A stretch of 64,000 bases of DNA from an uncultured delta proteobacterium (GTDB taxonomy: Bacteria; Myxococcota_A; Polyangia; Polyangiales; JAFGIB01). The position numbers and the translations under genes were made by a program. Of this stretch, positions 1 to 10,065 are shown in pieces. Position 1 is the stretch's first letter; each line of letters starts with the position of its first letter. The notes beneath the pieces are model-generated. The model did no database searches. It saw nothing but the letters and a program-made list of their open reading frames with translations, and had not been told where the DNA came from. The stretch covers positions 128,001 to 192,000 of the forward strand of contig CAVZVA010000012.1 in the NCBI GenBank assembly GCA_963778655.1, written 5' to 3'.

Positions 1-169
1 CGAGCACTGCCCAAGGCCGCTCACCCGCTGCCCGGGGGCGGGGGCAGCAACCCGGGGCGCCGCGCAGGCTGCCTTCAGCCGGAGCAGCGCCCGATCGGCT
101 CTTAGCCAACCCCGGCGGGTTGTGCTAGCCTTGCGCGCCGCGGCCCGCACGCGGCTGCGCGGCGCCGCC

Positions 170-1456
170 ATGACGGAGCTTCCGACAAGAACGATCGGCG
201 TCATCGGCCTGGGCTACGTGGGCCTACCCGTGGCGGTTGCCATGGCGGAGCGCTTTGCGGGCACGGTGGGCTTCGACATCAGCGCCAGCCGCATCGCTCA
301 GCTTCGCTCGGGGCACGACGCGACGCGCGAGGTCGAGCCGGAGCGCTTGCGCAACGCCGGCATCGCGCTGACCGACGACCCGGCGGGCCTGGCCGGTGTC
401 GACTTCTTCATCGTCACCGTGCCCACGCCGATCGACAGCGACAACCGTCCGGACCTGAGCGCGGTCCGCGCCGCGACCGAGACCGTGGGCCGCGTGCTGC
501 GGCCCGGCGCAATCGTGGTCTACGAGTCGACCGTCTACCCCGGCGTAACCGAGGAGGTGTGCGGGCCGATCCTGGAGCGCGTGTCCGGCTTGCGCTGCGG
601 GGTCGACTTCAAGCTCGGCTATTCCCCCGAGCGCATCAACCCCGGCGACAAGGAGCACACCTTCGAGCGCGTGATCAAGGTAGTCTCGGGCCAGGACGCG
701 GACAGCGCCGCGGTCATTGCGGCCGTCTATGGGGCTGTGGTCAAGGGCGGTGTGCACGTAGCCTCGAGCATCAAGGTCGCCGAGGCGGCCAAGGTGATCG
801 AGAACACGCAGCGCGATCTCAACATCGCGCTGATGAACGAGCTGGCCATCATCTTCGACCGGCTCCAGATCGACACCCAGGAAGTGCTGGCCGCGGCCGG
901 GACGAAGTGGAACTTCCTGCGCTTCACCCCAGGCCTGGTGGGCGGGCACTGCATCGGCGTCGATCCCTATTACCTCACTACCCGCGCCGAGCAGGTCGGC
1001 GTGCACCCGCAGGTGATCCTCGCCGGCCGGCGCATCAACGACGGCATGGGCGCGTTCGTGGCGCAGCACGTGGTCAAACGCCTGATCCTGGCGGGCGTGC
1101 ACGTGGCGCGCTCGCGCGCGCTGCTGGTGGGCTTCACCTTCAAGGAAAACGTGCCCGATGTGCGCAACACGCGGGTGTTCTCGATCGTCGAGGCGCTGCG
1201 CGAGTTCCAGGTCGACGTTACGGTCTGGGACCCGGAGGCGGACCCCGACGAGGTGCGCCACGAGTACGGCATCGAGCTTTCGCCGCTCGACAAGCAGGCC
1301 CACTTCGACGCGCTGGTGTTCGCGGTCCCTCACCGTGGCTGTGCCGAGGTGGTGCTCGAGCTGGTGCAAAGCGGCAGGATCCCCGTGCTGTGCGACGTCA
1401 AGGGCGCGATCGATCGGGCCGCGCTGCCGGCCGGTGTTCTGTACTGGAGGTTGTGA
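170..1456 (+). CDS. Nucleotide sugar dehydrogenase, UDP-N-acetyl-D-galactosamine/glucosamine 6-dehydrogenase (WbpO/TviB-like)
   Basis: Rossmann motif GLGYVG, YSPERINPGD, catalytic GGHCIGVDPYYL, GFTFKENVPDVRN; ATG at 170 chosen as start. Confidence 0.92.
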   Translation: MTELPTRTIGVIGLGYVGLPVAVAMAERFAGTVGFDISASRIAQLRSGHDATREVEPERLRNAGIALTDDPAGLAGVDFFIVTVPTPIDSDNRPDLSAVRAATETVGRVLRPGAIVVYESTVYPGVTEEVCGPILERVSGLRCGVDFKLGYSPERINPGDKEHTFERVIKVVSGQDADSAAVIAAVYGAVVKGGVHVASSIKVAEAAKVIENTQRDLNIALMNELAIIFDRLQIDTQEVLAAAGTKWNFLRFTPGLVGGHCIGVDPYYLTTRAEQVGVHPQVILAGRRINDGMGAFVAQHVVKRLILAGVHVARSRALLVGFTFKENVPDVRNTRVFSIVEALREFQVDVTVWDPEADPDEVRHEYGIELSPLDKQAHFDALVFAVPHRGCAEVVLELVQSGRIPVLCDVKGAIDRAALPAGVLYWRL

Positions 1457-1457
1457 G

Positions 1458-2486
1458 GTGCCTTCGCCGTACGAGAGCCGCCTGCGCGCGCTGCAGGCGC
1501 GGCCCCGCACCTGGCTGGTCACCGGGGCGGCGGGCTTCATCGGCTCGCATCTGGTCGAAGCGCTGTTGCGCGCGGACCAGCGCGTGGTGGGTCTGGATAA
1601 CTTCGCTACCGGCAGCCGCGAGAACCTGGCCCTGGTCGAGCAAGCCCTGGCCGACCCGGAGCGCTTCCGGCGCTTGAGCTTGCTCGAGGCCGACGTGTGC
1701 GACCTCGACGCCTGCGTGCGGGCCTCGGCCGGCGCGGACTACGTGCTGCACCAGGCCGCGCTCGGCTCGGTCCCGCGCTCGATCGAGAAACCGCTCGATA
1801 CCCACCGCGCCAACGTCGACGGCACGCTGAATGTGTTTCTGGCGGCCTTGCAGAACGGCGTGCCGCGCGTGGTCTACGCCTCCTCTTCCAGCGTTTACGG
1901 TGACGATCCGGGGCTGCCGAAAGTCGAGATCCGCATCGGCCGCCCGCTCTCCCCCTATGCGGCCAGCAAGCACATCGACGAGCTCTATGCCGAGGTGCTG
2001 GGCCGCACTCACGCGCTGTCCGCGGTCGGCCTGCGCTACTTCAACGTGGTCGGCTCGCGCCAGGACCCAAACGGGCCCTACGCGGCAGTGGTGCCGCGCT
2101 GGGTGCAGGCCCTGGCGCGCGGGCAACAGGTCACGATCTTCGGCGACGGCGAGACCTCGCGCGATTTCTGCCCGGTGCAGAACGTCGTGCAGGCCAACCT
2201 GCTGGCGGCGACGGCGGAAGGCGAGCTGCGCGGGCGCGTCTACAACGTCGCGCTAGGCGGTCGCACCTCGCTCAACCAGCTCTACGCCCTGATCCGCGCC
2301 GGCATGAGCGCGCGCGGTTTTGCCTGCGCGCAGCTCGAGCCGCGGCACGCCGAGTTCCGGCCGGGCGACGTACGCCACAGTCTCGCCGACATCGAGGCTG
2401 CGCGGCGCGAGCTCGGCTACCAGCCGCACGTGCAGCTCGGGCCCGGCCTCGAGCAGGTCTTCGACTTCTTCGCCCGCGCCGCATGA
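1458..2486 (+). CDS. UDP-GlcNAc/GalNAc(A) 4-epimerase (WbpP/TviC-like), extended SDR
   Basis: GAAGFIGSHL, HQAALGSVPRS, YAASK catalytic motif, LRYFNV; GTG at 1458 immediately after the upstream stop. Confidence 0.9.
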   Translation: MPSPYESRLRALQARPRTWLVTGAAGFIGSHLVEALLRADQRVVGLDNFATGSRENLALVEQALADPERFRRLSLLEADVCDLDACVRASAGADYVLHQAALGSVPRSIEKPLDTHRANVDGTLNVFLAALQNGVPRVVYASSSSVYGDDPGLPKVEIRIGRPLSPYAASKHIDELYAEVLGRTHALSAVGLRYFNVVGSRQDPNGPYAAVVPRWVQALARGQQVTIFGDGETSRDFCPVQNVVQANLLAATAEGELRGRVYNVALGGRTSLNQLYALIRAGMSARGFACAQLEPRHAEFRPGDVRHSLADIEAARRELGYQPHVQLGPGLEQVFDFFARAA

Positions 2487-3472
2487 TGACCGAGATCTTT
2501 TTCGTCGTCGGTCGCGGCCGGTCCGGCACCACGTTGCTGTCGCGGATGCTCGGCCAGCACCCTCAGCTGGCGATGGCGCCGGAAGGCTTCTTTCTGCTGA
2601 ACCTGCAGCGCAAGTACCGCGCCGGCCCGTGGAGCGAGCGCCGCGTCAAGGCATTCTGCCGTGACCTGGTGCGCGAGAACCGGATGCGCAGCTGGGGGCT
2701 CGACCTCGGGCGCCTGGCCGCACGCCTGAACGAGCGCCGGGGGCGGCTGACCTACACCGAGGCATGCCGCCTGGTCTACCTCAGCTACGCCGAGGACACG
2801 CTCGGCCGCGCCGCGCCCAAGTGGATCGGCGACAAGAATCCGCACTACGCGCTGATGATCCCGCGCCTTCAACGCGTCTTTCCTCACGCCCGCTTCGTGC
2901 ACATCACCCGGGACTACCGCGACAACATCCACAGCTACCGCGGCCTGCCCTTCGATCTCGCCAACCACGCAGCGCTCGCCCAGCGCTGGAAGAGCTACAA
3001 TCAGGCGATCCTGCGCGCGAGCCGGCGCAGGCCGGAGCGCTTCCTCTGGCTCCGCTACGAGGATCTGCTTGCCTATCCCGAGCACGAGCTGGGGCGCATC
3101 TGCAGCTTTCTCGGCGTGGAGCTCGACCGGCGCATGCTGGACTTCCACGCGACCGCGGACGACACCTTCTACGGGCGCAAGAGCCCGTGGTTCGACAACC
3201 TGCGCAAGCCGCTGGACCCCTCGCAGGCCGGCAAGGGGCAGCAGCTGCCCGCAACCGCGATGCACGACGCCGAGCTGATCTGCGGCGCGTTCGGCGAGGG
3301 CTTCGGCTATCACGCGAGCGCCAACGGGAGCGCGCTGCCGCTGCGTGCGCGCGCGGGCGCCTTCTACGGCTGGTGCTCCGTGCAAGCCGAGAAGGCGCTG
3401 TTCGGGGCAGCGCCCGTCGGCCTGCGCACCGGGCTGATCAACGTCTACCGCCGGCTTTCGGGCCGAGTGTGA
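2483..3472 (+). CDS. Sulfotransferase family protein (PAPS-dependent)
   Basis: 5'-PSB-like GRGRSGTTLL, GDKNP, 3'-PB-like HITRDYRDNIHS, LRYEDL; ATGA overlap with the epimerase. Confidence 0.85.
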   Translation: MMTEIFFVVGRGRSGTTLLSRMLGQHPQLAMAPEGFFLLNLQRKYRAGPWSERRVKAFCRDLVRENRMRSWGLDLGRLAARLNERRGRLTYTEACRLVYLSYAEDTLGRAAPKWIGDKNPHYALMIPRLQRVFPHARFVHITRDYRDNIHSYRGLPFDLANHAALAQRWKSYNQAILRASRRRPERFLWLRYEDLLAYPEHELGRICSFLGVELDRRMLDFHATADDTFYGRKSPWFDNLRKPLDPSQAGKGQQLPATAMHDAELICGAFGEGFGYHASANGSALPLRARAGAFYGWCSVQAEKALFGAAPVGLRTGLINVYRRLSGRV

Positions 3473-3479
3473 GCCCGGC

Positions 3480-4475
3480 GTGCGGTCGCGCTGGGCACTG
3501 TTGCGCTGGGCCCGGGTCGCGCTCGGGCTGGGGCTGCTCGGCCTGCTGCTGAGCCGGGTGCAGCTGCGCGAGCTGACGCTGCTCGCGCGCAGCGGCGACC
3601 GGGGCGCGCTCGCGCTCGCGCTCGGCCTGCTGTTCGCGGCCAACCCGCTGCTGCAGACGCTGCGCCTGCACGTGCTGGTCTCGCGCTACACCCGCAGCCT
3701 GGGCCTGAGCTTCGAGGTGTTCTCGGTCGGCTCCTTCTTCAACCTCACGCTGCCGAGCAACGTGGGAGGGGATGCGGTCAAGCTTCTCTACCTGAAGCGG
3801 ATGCAGGCGCAGAGCTGGGGCGCACCGTTCGCCTTGCTCGCCCTGCACCGCGTTACCGGTATGGCAGTGCTGCTGCTGGCCGCGGCGATCTATGCCGGCT
3901 GCGATCCGCAAAGGATGTCGGCGGCGCTGCACGCGGCCCACCTCCAGGCGCACTTTCCGCCGCGGCTCGCCGCCTTCGGCGGCGGCCTGCTGCTGCTCGG
4001 CGGGCTCGGCTGGCTCGCGCTGTCCGCCGGGCGCCGCCGGCACATCGTCGACGGCGCCCGGCGCTTCGGCAGCGACTGCGCCACGGCCTTGCTCGAGATC
4101 GGCGCCCGCGCCACGGTCGAGTTGCTGCTGCTCACCGTCGCCTTTCACGCGTTGCGGCTGGCTGCCTTCTATCTCCTGGTCGGGGCCACCGGGCAGCACG
4201 TGGCGCCGCTCGATCTGCTGATCGTGCTCGCCGTGACGGCGCTCGCTGGCGTGGTGCCGCTGAGCGTGGGAGGCCTCGGCCTGATGGAGGGCGCGGTCAG
4301 CATCACGCTGGGCATGTTCGGCGTCGGCGCCAGCGCCGCGCTGTTCGCCGCGCTCGCCAACCGCGCTGTGTTGCTGGTCGGCGCCGCGATCGGAGGCGTC
4401 CTCTACATCACCTCGCGCGAGCGCGTGGCGCGCGGCCCGAGCGCGCGCGCCGGCAAGGAGGAGCGACCGCGCTGA
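3480..4475 (+). CDS. Lysylphosphatidylglycerol-synthase TM-domain / flippase-like membrane protein (UPF0104)
   Basis: Multi-TM; FFNLTLPSNVGGDAVK and PLSVGGLGLMEG motifs. Confidence 0.8.
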   Translation: MRSRWALLRWARVALGLGLLGLLLSRVQLRELTLLARSGDRGALALALGLLFAANPLLQTLRLHVLVSRYTRSLGLSFEVFSVGSFFNLTLPSNVGGDAVKLLYLKRMQAQSWGAPFALLALHRVTGMAVLLLAAAIYAGCDPQRMSAALHAAHLQAHFPPRLAAFGGGLLLLGGLGWLALSAGRRRHIVDGARRFGSDCATALLEIGARATVELLLLTVAFHALRLAAFYLLVGATGQHVAPLDLLIVLAVTALAGVVPLSVGGLGLMEGAVSITLGMFGVGASAALFAALANRAVLLVGAAIGGVLYITSRERVARGPSARAGKEERPR

Positions 4476-6631
4476 GGGCGCCACCCGCGCTCGGCGCCGG
4501 CGCTGTGGGTCCAGATCGCATTGCCCTCGCTCAGCGCGACGCGCCGGTAGCCGGCCGCGTGCAGCGCACGCGCGAGCGAGCGGTTGCTCGGGCCCTGCAC
4601 CGGCGCCACCACGCCCTCGATGTGATACAGGCGCAGGCACGAGATCAACCAGCGTTCGGCAAAGGCGCTCAGGTCCGGGTATGCGATCAGGCGCGTCAGC
4701 AGCCTGCGCCGCGAGCGCTCGCGCCGGCCTGTAGGCAGGTAAGCGGGCTTGACGAACAGCGGGTAGTCGTAGCCGTTGAGCATCGGCAGCACCACCGACA
4801 CCTCGAGCGGCGCCAGCACCTGCCGGTGCGGGGGTAGGTGCGCGATCAGCGCCTGCGCGACCCTGTACGCCTCGCGGTCGACCTTGGGTCGCGGCCAGTC
4901 GAACCCGTCGTCGGCGAAGATCGTGCGCGGCGATACGCGCACGAAGAACAGACACAACACCAGTCCGAACAGCGTCAGGCGCAGGCCCTGCGGACCGCGT
5001 CCCGGCTGCAGCAGGCAGCTCGTCGCCAGACCGAAGAGCACCGGCAGAGGCAGCAGCCAAAGCACCCGCCAGTAGATCGACGGCGTCGTCAGCATGGCGA
5101 CAGTGTGCGTCAGGTGCGGGTTGCCGAAGAGCGCGAAGAAACCCAGCGGGAATACCACCGCGAAGCGGCGCGCCAGCGGCGTGCGGCACAGTGGCCAGGT
5201 GCAGAGCACGATCGCGAGCGCGGCCAGCAGGGGCCGGTCGGCGCCCAGCACCATCGCATAGCCCTGCTCGAGCAGCTCGCCGGGGGCGAGCGCGTGCGAG
5301 TGCGCCCCCGCTGCAGCCGTTCCCGCTGCAGCCGCCCCGGCCCTCGCCGTGGCCGCGCTCACCGCCGCCGTGACCGGCGCCGAGCGCTGTGAGGTCCACT
5401 CGAAGTACAGGCCGAGCGCCAGCAGGTAGCTCGAGGACAGCGCCGACAACAGCAGCGTTCGCAGTGCCGAGAGCCGCGGCGCGAGCGCGCACAACACCGA
5501 AAGTCCCGCCAGCACCGGCGCAGCCCAGAATGCAGTCACCGTGCTGCCGAGCGCCGCGATCTGCGTCGCGGCCAGCATGGCGAAGGTCTTGCGCGAGGGC
5601 GCGAGGCCGAAGCGGATGCCGTGGGCCATTATCAGCGGCGCGAGGGTGGTGATGAAGATCGCCTTGCCCTGGAACAGGCGCACGAAGGAGAAGTTGCCGA
5701 AGCTGCCGTGCACCGAGCTGTCGAAGACTAGGTAGAGCAGCGCGCCCAGCAGCGCGAACAGCCAGCGCCGCGGCTCGAGCAGCCGCAACAGGCGGGCCAG
5801 GGCCAGGGGCGTGAGCAGCCCGGCGATCGCCGGCAGCACCAGGTGTGCGACGTAGATCGTGCGCAGCCCGCTCAGGTAGCTGAGCAGACCCGCGAGCAGC
5901 TCGATGCTGGAGGCGCGGTAGGCGGGCACCCGCAGCGGTAGGTTCAGGCCGTGGATGGTGTCGCGCGACAACAACGCCTGGTGCGGAAAGTCGACCACCG
6001 AAACCGCCATGTTCACGTAGAAGGCGTCGTCGCTGTCGGGCCGTTGCGAGGTGAGCGTGAGCCAGGCGCAGGTGAGCCCGAGCGCCCACAGCAGCGCCTC
6101 CTGCCATTTCGGTTGCGGCGCCTGCAGGCTGCCGCGGCCGCTGCGCGCCAGGGTTGCATAGCTCGCGGCCACCAGCAGCAGTGCCAGCGTCGACAGCTCG
6201 TTCAGATCGCCACGCGCGCCGAAGCGTGCCACGAGCAGCAGGCCGGCGCCGAACGCAAGCATGCGCGCGAGCGGCCAGGGCTGGCGCTCGTGCTCGGGGT
6301 CGAGCCGCGCCGTCATCGGGTCCGCGACCAGTGCGACCAGCGCCTGCAGTCGGTCCCTGCGCGCGACCAGCAGCGCCGCGGCGGCCAGGGCGCAGAGCAG
6401 GGTGGCGGCCGCCAGGTGTACGCTGGTGCCGTGCAACAACACCAGGGCGTTGCACAGCAGGGTCCAGGCGGCGAACAGCAGGCAGCCGAGATCGGGCAGC
6501 AAGCAACTCAGGGGCGGGCGGGCGCTCCTCCCGGGCGCTGGCCCGTGCTCAGCGCTGCGATCCTCGTGGCCGGCTGATCTGGACAGGAAAGTCAAGGTCG
6601 GCAACCGGTGCGTGGCGATCCCGCGGGACAA
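4403..6631 (-). CDS. Large polytopic membrane protein, probable GT-C fold glycosyltransferase (DUF6077-like)
   Basis: More than 12 hydrophobic segments; acidic DSDDAFY loop after the first TMs; RLFQGK motif; lies in a glycan cluster; start uncertain. Confidence 0.6.
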   Translation of the reverse strand: MSRGIATHRLPTLTFLSRSAGHEDRSAEHGPAPGRSARPPLSCLLPDLGCLLFAAWTLLCNALVLLHGTSVHLAAATLLCALAAAALLVARRDRLQALVALVADPMTARLDPEHERQPWPLARMLAFGAGLLLVARFGARGDLNELSTLALLLVAASYATLARSGRGSLQAPQPKWQEALLWALGLTCAWLTLTSQRPDSDDAFYVNMAVSVVDFPHQALLSRDTIHGLNLPLRVPAYRASSIELLAGLLSYLSGLRTIYVAHLVLPAIAGLLTPLALARLLRLLEPRRWLFALLGALLYLVFDSSVHGSFGNFSFVRLFQGKAIFITTLAPLIMAHGIRFGLAPSRKTFAMLAATQIAALGSTVTAFWAAPVLAGLSVLCALAPRLSALRTLLLSALSSSYLLALGLYFEWTSQRSAPVTAAVSAATARAGAAAAGTAAAGAHSHALAPGELLEQGYAMVLGADRPLLAALAIVLCTWPLCRTPLARRFAVVFPLGFFALFGNPHLTHTVAMLTTPSIYWRVLWLLPLPVLFGLATSCLLQPGRGPQGLRLTLFGLVLCLFFVRVSPRTIFADDGFDWPRPKVDREAYRVAQALIAHLPPHRQVLAPLEVSVVLPMLNGYDYPLFVKPAYLPTGRRERSRRRLLTRLIAYPDLSAFAERWLISCLRLYHIEGVVAPVQGPSNRSLARALHAAGYRRVALSEGNAIWTHSAGAERGWRPQRGRSSLPARALGPRATRSREVM

Positions 6632-6940
6632 TGAGTTGCGCGGGGGCGGAGCGCGGTCGATCGGAACGAGTGAGTCGAGCGTCGCGAGCGAAGCGACCCA
6701 CGGGGTGGGTCCCCGACGGCATTGCCACGGGGCCCTCCGGCCCCGGGGCGGGAGGGGCGGGAGGGGCGCGCGACCCTCCCGATCACGAGAACCTAGCTGG
6801 CTAGGAAAGCGTCGGAAAATCTCGCAGACGGCGGCCCAAAGTCAATACGTGCGGGCGCCCGCCTGCGGCCGCCGCGCGCGTCTCATGCGCGCGATTCAAT
6901 TCCAGCGATCCGCGGTGTACGGTCGCGTCAGGAGACGCCG

Positions 6941-7945
6941 CTGGACCTGTCAGTCGTCATTCCTGTCTTTAACGAGCAGGAGAGCCTCTCCGAGTTGCTC
7001 TCGGAGCTTTTTTCCGTGCTCGACGCTACGGGGCTCGACTACGAGGTGATCTGCATCGACGACGGCTCGACGGACCGCAGCTTCGAGCTGCTCCGGGAGC
7101 TGAGCGCTTCGCTGCCCAGGCTGGTGGTCGCGCGCTTTCGCCGCAATTTCGGCCAGACGGCCGCGTTGCAGGCCGGTTTCGACGCCGCCCGCGGGCACGT
7201 CATCGCCACGCTCGACGCCGACCTGCAAAACGACCCGCACGACCTGCCGGCGATGCTCGAGCGCCTGCAGGAGGGCTACGACGTCGTGGTCGGCTGGCGC
7301 GCGCAGCGCAAGGACCGCTTCTTCGACCGGCGCCTGCCCTCGTTGATCGCCAACCGCCTGATCAGCGCGACCACGCAGGTGCGCCTGCACGACTACGGCT
7401 GCACGCTCAAGGTGATGCGCGCGGAGGTCGCCAAGGCGTTGCGGCTCTACGGCGAGATGCACCGCTTCATCCCGGTGATGGCCGCGCTGGTCGGCGCGCG
7501 CATGTGCGAGCTCAAGGTACGGCATCGCGCCCGCCGCTTCGGCCGCTCCAAGTACGGCATCGGCCGCACCACGCGCGTGCTGCTGGATCTGATGACGGTG
7601 CTGTTTCTGCAGTCGTACCTGGCGCGCCCGATGCAGGTCTTCGGCATGGGCGGACTGCTGCTGTTCGCGCTCGGGCTCGGCATCTCGGGCTACCTCGCGT
7701 TCGAGAAGCTGGCGTTCGGCGCCCAGCTCGCGAACCGCCCGCTGCTCACGCTCGGGGTGATGCTGATCCTGGTCGGCGTGCAGCTGCTCTCGCTGGGGCT
7801 GGTCGCCGACGTGCTGGGCCGGACCTACCACGAGGCGCAGGGCAAGCCGCCCTACTTCGTACGCGAGTGGGTGCGCGCGGGCGCCGTGCAACCGTCGCAG
7901 CCGGCGCGCCGGCCGCTCTCGAGCGGGCTGCCCGGACCGGGCTGA
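6941..7945 (+). CDS. Glycosyltransferase family 2 (polyprenol-phosphate glycosyltransferase, ArnC/DPM-like) with C-terminal TMs
   Basis: (L)DLSVVIPVFNE, IDDGSTD, RRNFGQTAAL, DADLQNDP, LYGEMHRFIP; conserved N-terminus begins at CTG 6941, upstream of the ORF-track start at 6995. Confidence 0.88.
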   Translation: MDLSVVIPVFNEQESLSELLSELFSVLDATGLDYEVICIDDGSTDRSFELLRELSASLPRLVVARFRRNFGQTAALQAGFDAARGHVIATLDADLQNDPHDLPAMLERLQEGYDVVVGWRAQRKDRFFDRRLPSLIANRLISATTQVRLHDYGCTLKVMRAEVAKALRLYGEMHRFIPVMAALVGARMCELKVRHRARRFGRSKYGIGRTTRVLLDLMTVLFLQSYLARPMQVFGMGGLLLFALGLGISGYLAFEKLAFGAQLANRPLLTLGVMLILVGVQLLSLGLVADVLGRTYHEAQGKPPYFVREWVRAGAVQPSQPARRPLSSGLPGPG

Positions 7946-7960
7946 GCGCGAGCGACTCAG

Positions 7961-8989
7961 GTGGCTACGCCGCACGCACCGCTGGAGCTCGACCCCGGTT
8001 CGCCGCCGCCCGCACGCGCTGTGCGCGCGCGCCGCTACCTGCCGCTGCTCGGCTTGCTGCTGCTGCTGGTGGTGCTCTCGCGCCTCGATCTGCACGCGCT
8101 CGGCGCGGCCTTTGCCCGCGTGCGGCCCGCCCCGCTGTGCCAGGCGGGGCTGCTGTTCTCGGCCAACCTGCTGCTCAAGTCGCTGCGCTGGCAGCGCATG
8201 CTGGTGGTGCAGGGCCTGCGCCTGCCCGCGAAGGTGGCGGTCGCCGCTTTCTTCAGCTCGCAGCTCTACGGCCAGGTCACGCTCGGGCGTCTGGGCGAGC
8301 TCTACCGCGCCGAGGCGCTGGTCGAGCGCGGCGTGCCGCTTGGCAAGGCGCTCTCGTCCTGCGTCTACGATCGGCTGCTCGACCTCGGCGCCGTGCTGCT
8401 GCTGGGCGCCGCGCTCTCGGCGCTGGTGGTCGGCGACAGCCGTGCGGCCCTGGCCGCGGCCGCCTGCGTGCTGCTGCTGGGCGCGCTCTCGCTGCTGTTG
8501 CTGCGCGCTCGCGCGCTCGCGGCCGTGCCCGCGGTGGCGCGGCTGCGCGCGTTCCTGCAGCGGCGGCGCGGCGCGCGCGGCCTGCTCGGCCTGCTCGCCC
8601 AGCTGGTCGCCGGCCTCGGCCCGCTGCTGCGCCCGGCCTTCCTGCTCGAAGCGCTGGGTTGGACGGCGCTGGCCTGGAGCGGCTACTTCGCCTCGCTCTG
8701 GGCACTGGCCGCGGGCATGGGCATCGAGGCTTCGCGCAGCGCGCTGACCGCGGGCGCCGCGCTGGGCGCGCTCAGCAGCTTGCTGCCGGTGACCATCTCC
8801 GGGCTCGGCGCACGCGAGGTGATCTTCATACAGGTGCTGGGGCTGCAAGGGGTGGCGGCAGCGCGCGCCGTGGCACTCTCGCTGCTGCACCTCGGCGTGA
8901 TGAGCGCCGCGGCGATCGCCCTCGGCCTGGTCGGTGTGCTCGCGCGCCACCAGCAGCAGGCGAAGCCCGCGCCACCAGGCCGAAGTTGA
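7961..8989 (+). CDS. Second LPG-synthase TM-domain / flippase-like membrane protein (UPF0104)
   Basis: LRWQRML, GRLGELYRA, DRLLD, LPVTISGLGARE motifs; multi-TM. Confidence 0.8.
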   Translation: MATPHAPLELDPGSPPPARAVRARRYLPLLGLLLLLVVLSRLDLHALGAAFARVRPAPLCQAGLLFSANLLLKSLRWQRMLVVQGLRLPAKVAVAAFFSSQLYGQVTLGRLGELYRAEALVERGVPLGKALSSCVYDRLLDLGAVLLLGAALSALVVGDSRAALAAAACVLLLGALSLLLLRARALAAVPAVARLRAFLQRRRGARGLLGLLAQLVAGLGPLLRPAFLLEALGWTALAWSGYFASLWALAAGMGIEASRSALTAGAALGALSSLLPVTISGLGAREVIFIQVLGLQGVAAARAVALSLLHLGVMSAAAIALGLVGVLARHQQQAKPAPPGRS

Positions 8990-9061
8990 GGTTCGCGTCG
9001 CCCGGCTGAAGTTGAGGCCCCCAATCCTTCGTAGTACATGGCAGGCTCCGCGTGAGCCGCG

Positions 9062-10048
9062 ATGAAGCTGGTCGTCCAGATCCCCTGCTACAACGAGGCG
9101 GCGACGCTGCCGGGCGTGCTCGCCGACATCCCGCGCGCGATCGCTGGCATCGACGCGCTCGAGATCCTCGTGATCGACGACGGCTCGAGCGACGGCACGG
9201 CCGACGTGGCCAGGGCGCACGGCGCCACCCGCGTGGTGCGCCACCGCGGCAACCGCGGCCTCGCCAGCACCTTTCTCACCGGCCTGCAGACCGCGCTCGA
9301 GATGGGCGCGGACATCATCGTCAACACCGACGGCGACCACCAGTATCCGGGCAGCGCGATTCCGGAGCTGGTCGCGCCGATCGTGCGCGCGGAGGCCGAC
9401 CTGGTGATCGGCGACCGTCAGACCAAGAGCGACCCCAAGGTCTCGTTGCGCAAGCGCCTGTTCTACGACCTGGGCAACTTCGTGGTGCGCAGCGCCACCG
9501 GCGTCAGCGTGCACGACGCGCCCAGCGGCTTTCGCGCCATGTCGCGCGAGTTCGCGCTACGCGTCTACCTCACGAACCCGTTCTCGTACACGCTCGAGAC
9601 CATCTTCGCGGCCGCGGAGAATCGCCAACCGATCCGCGAGGTGAAGATCACCACCAATCCCGCCACGCGTCCGAGCCGGCTGTTTCGCGGCCTCGTGCAA
9701 TACATCGGGCGCTCGGCCAGCATCATCCTGCAGGGGTACTCCATGCACAATCCGCTCAAGGCCTTCGGCTGGCTGTCGGCGCCGTTCCTGCTGCTCGGCA
9801 CGGCGCTGGGGCTGCGCTTCCTCTACTACTTCCTCAAGGCGCCCGATTATAGCGGACACATCCAGTCGCTGATCCTGGCCTCGATCTGCATCGTGGTCGG
9901 CGCGCAGATTTTCATCTTCGGCATGCTGGGCGCGCTGGTGCGCGCCAACCGCCTGCTCCTGCAGGACGTGCGCATGCGCGTGCGCCGCCTCGAGCTGCAC
10001 GCCGGCACGGGCGGCGAGCAAGAGAGCGCCGCGATCGACGAAGGATAG
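9062..10048 (+). CDS. Glycosyltransferase family 2 with C-terminal TMs
   Basis: KLVVQIPCYNE, IDDGSSDGT, NTDGDHQY, DAPSGFRA. Confidence 0.88.
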   Translation: MKLVVQIPCYNEAATLPGVLADIPRAIAGIDALEILVIDDGSSDGTADVARAHGATRVVRHRGNRGLASTFLTGLQTALEMGADIIVNTDGDHQYPGSAIPELVAPIVRAEADLVIGDRQTKSDPKVSLRKRLFYDLGNFVVRSATGVSVHDAPSGFRAMSREFALRVYLTNPFSYTLETIFAAAENRQPIREVKITTNPATRPSRLFRGLVQYIGRSASIILQGYSMHNPLKAFGWLSAPFLLLGTALGLRFLYYFLKAPDYSGHIQSLILASICIVVGAQIFIFGMLGALVRANRLLLQDVRMRVRRLELHAGTGGEQESAAIDEG

Positions 10049-10065
10049 GTCGGATTTTCGGAATC

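Noticed and set aside
4403..4475. 73-bp 3' overlap of convergent genes
   Set aside because: Both tails are low-complexity extensions; common in high-GC genomes
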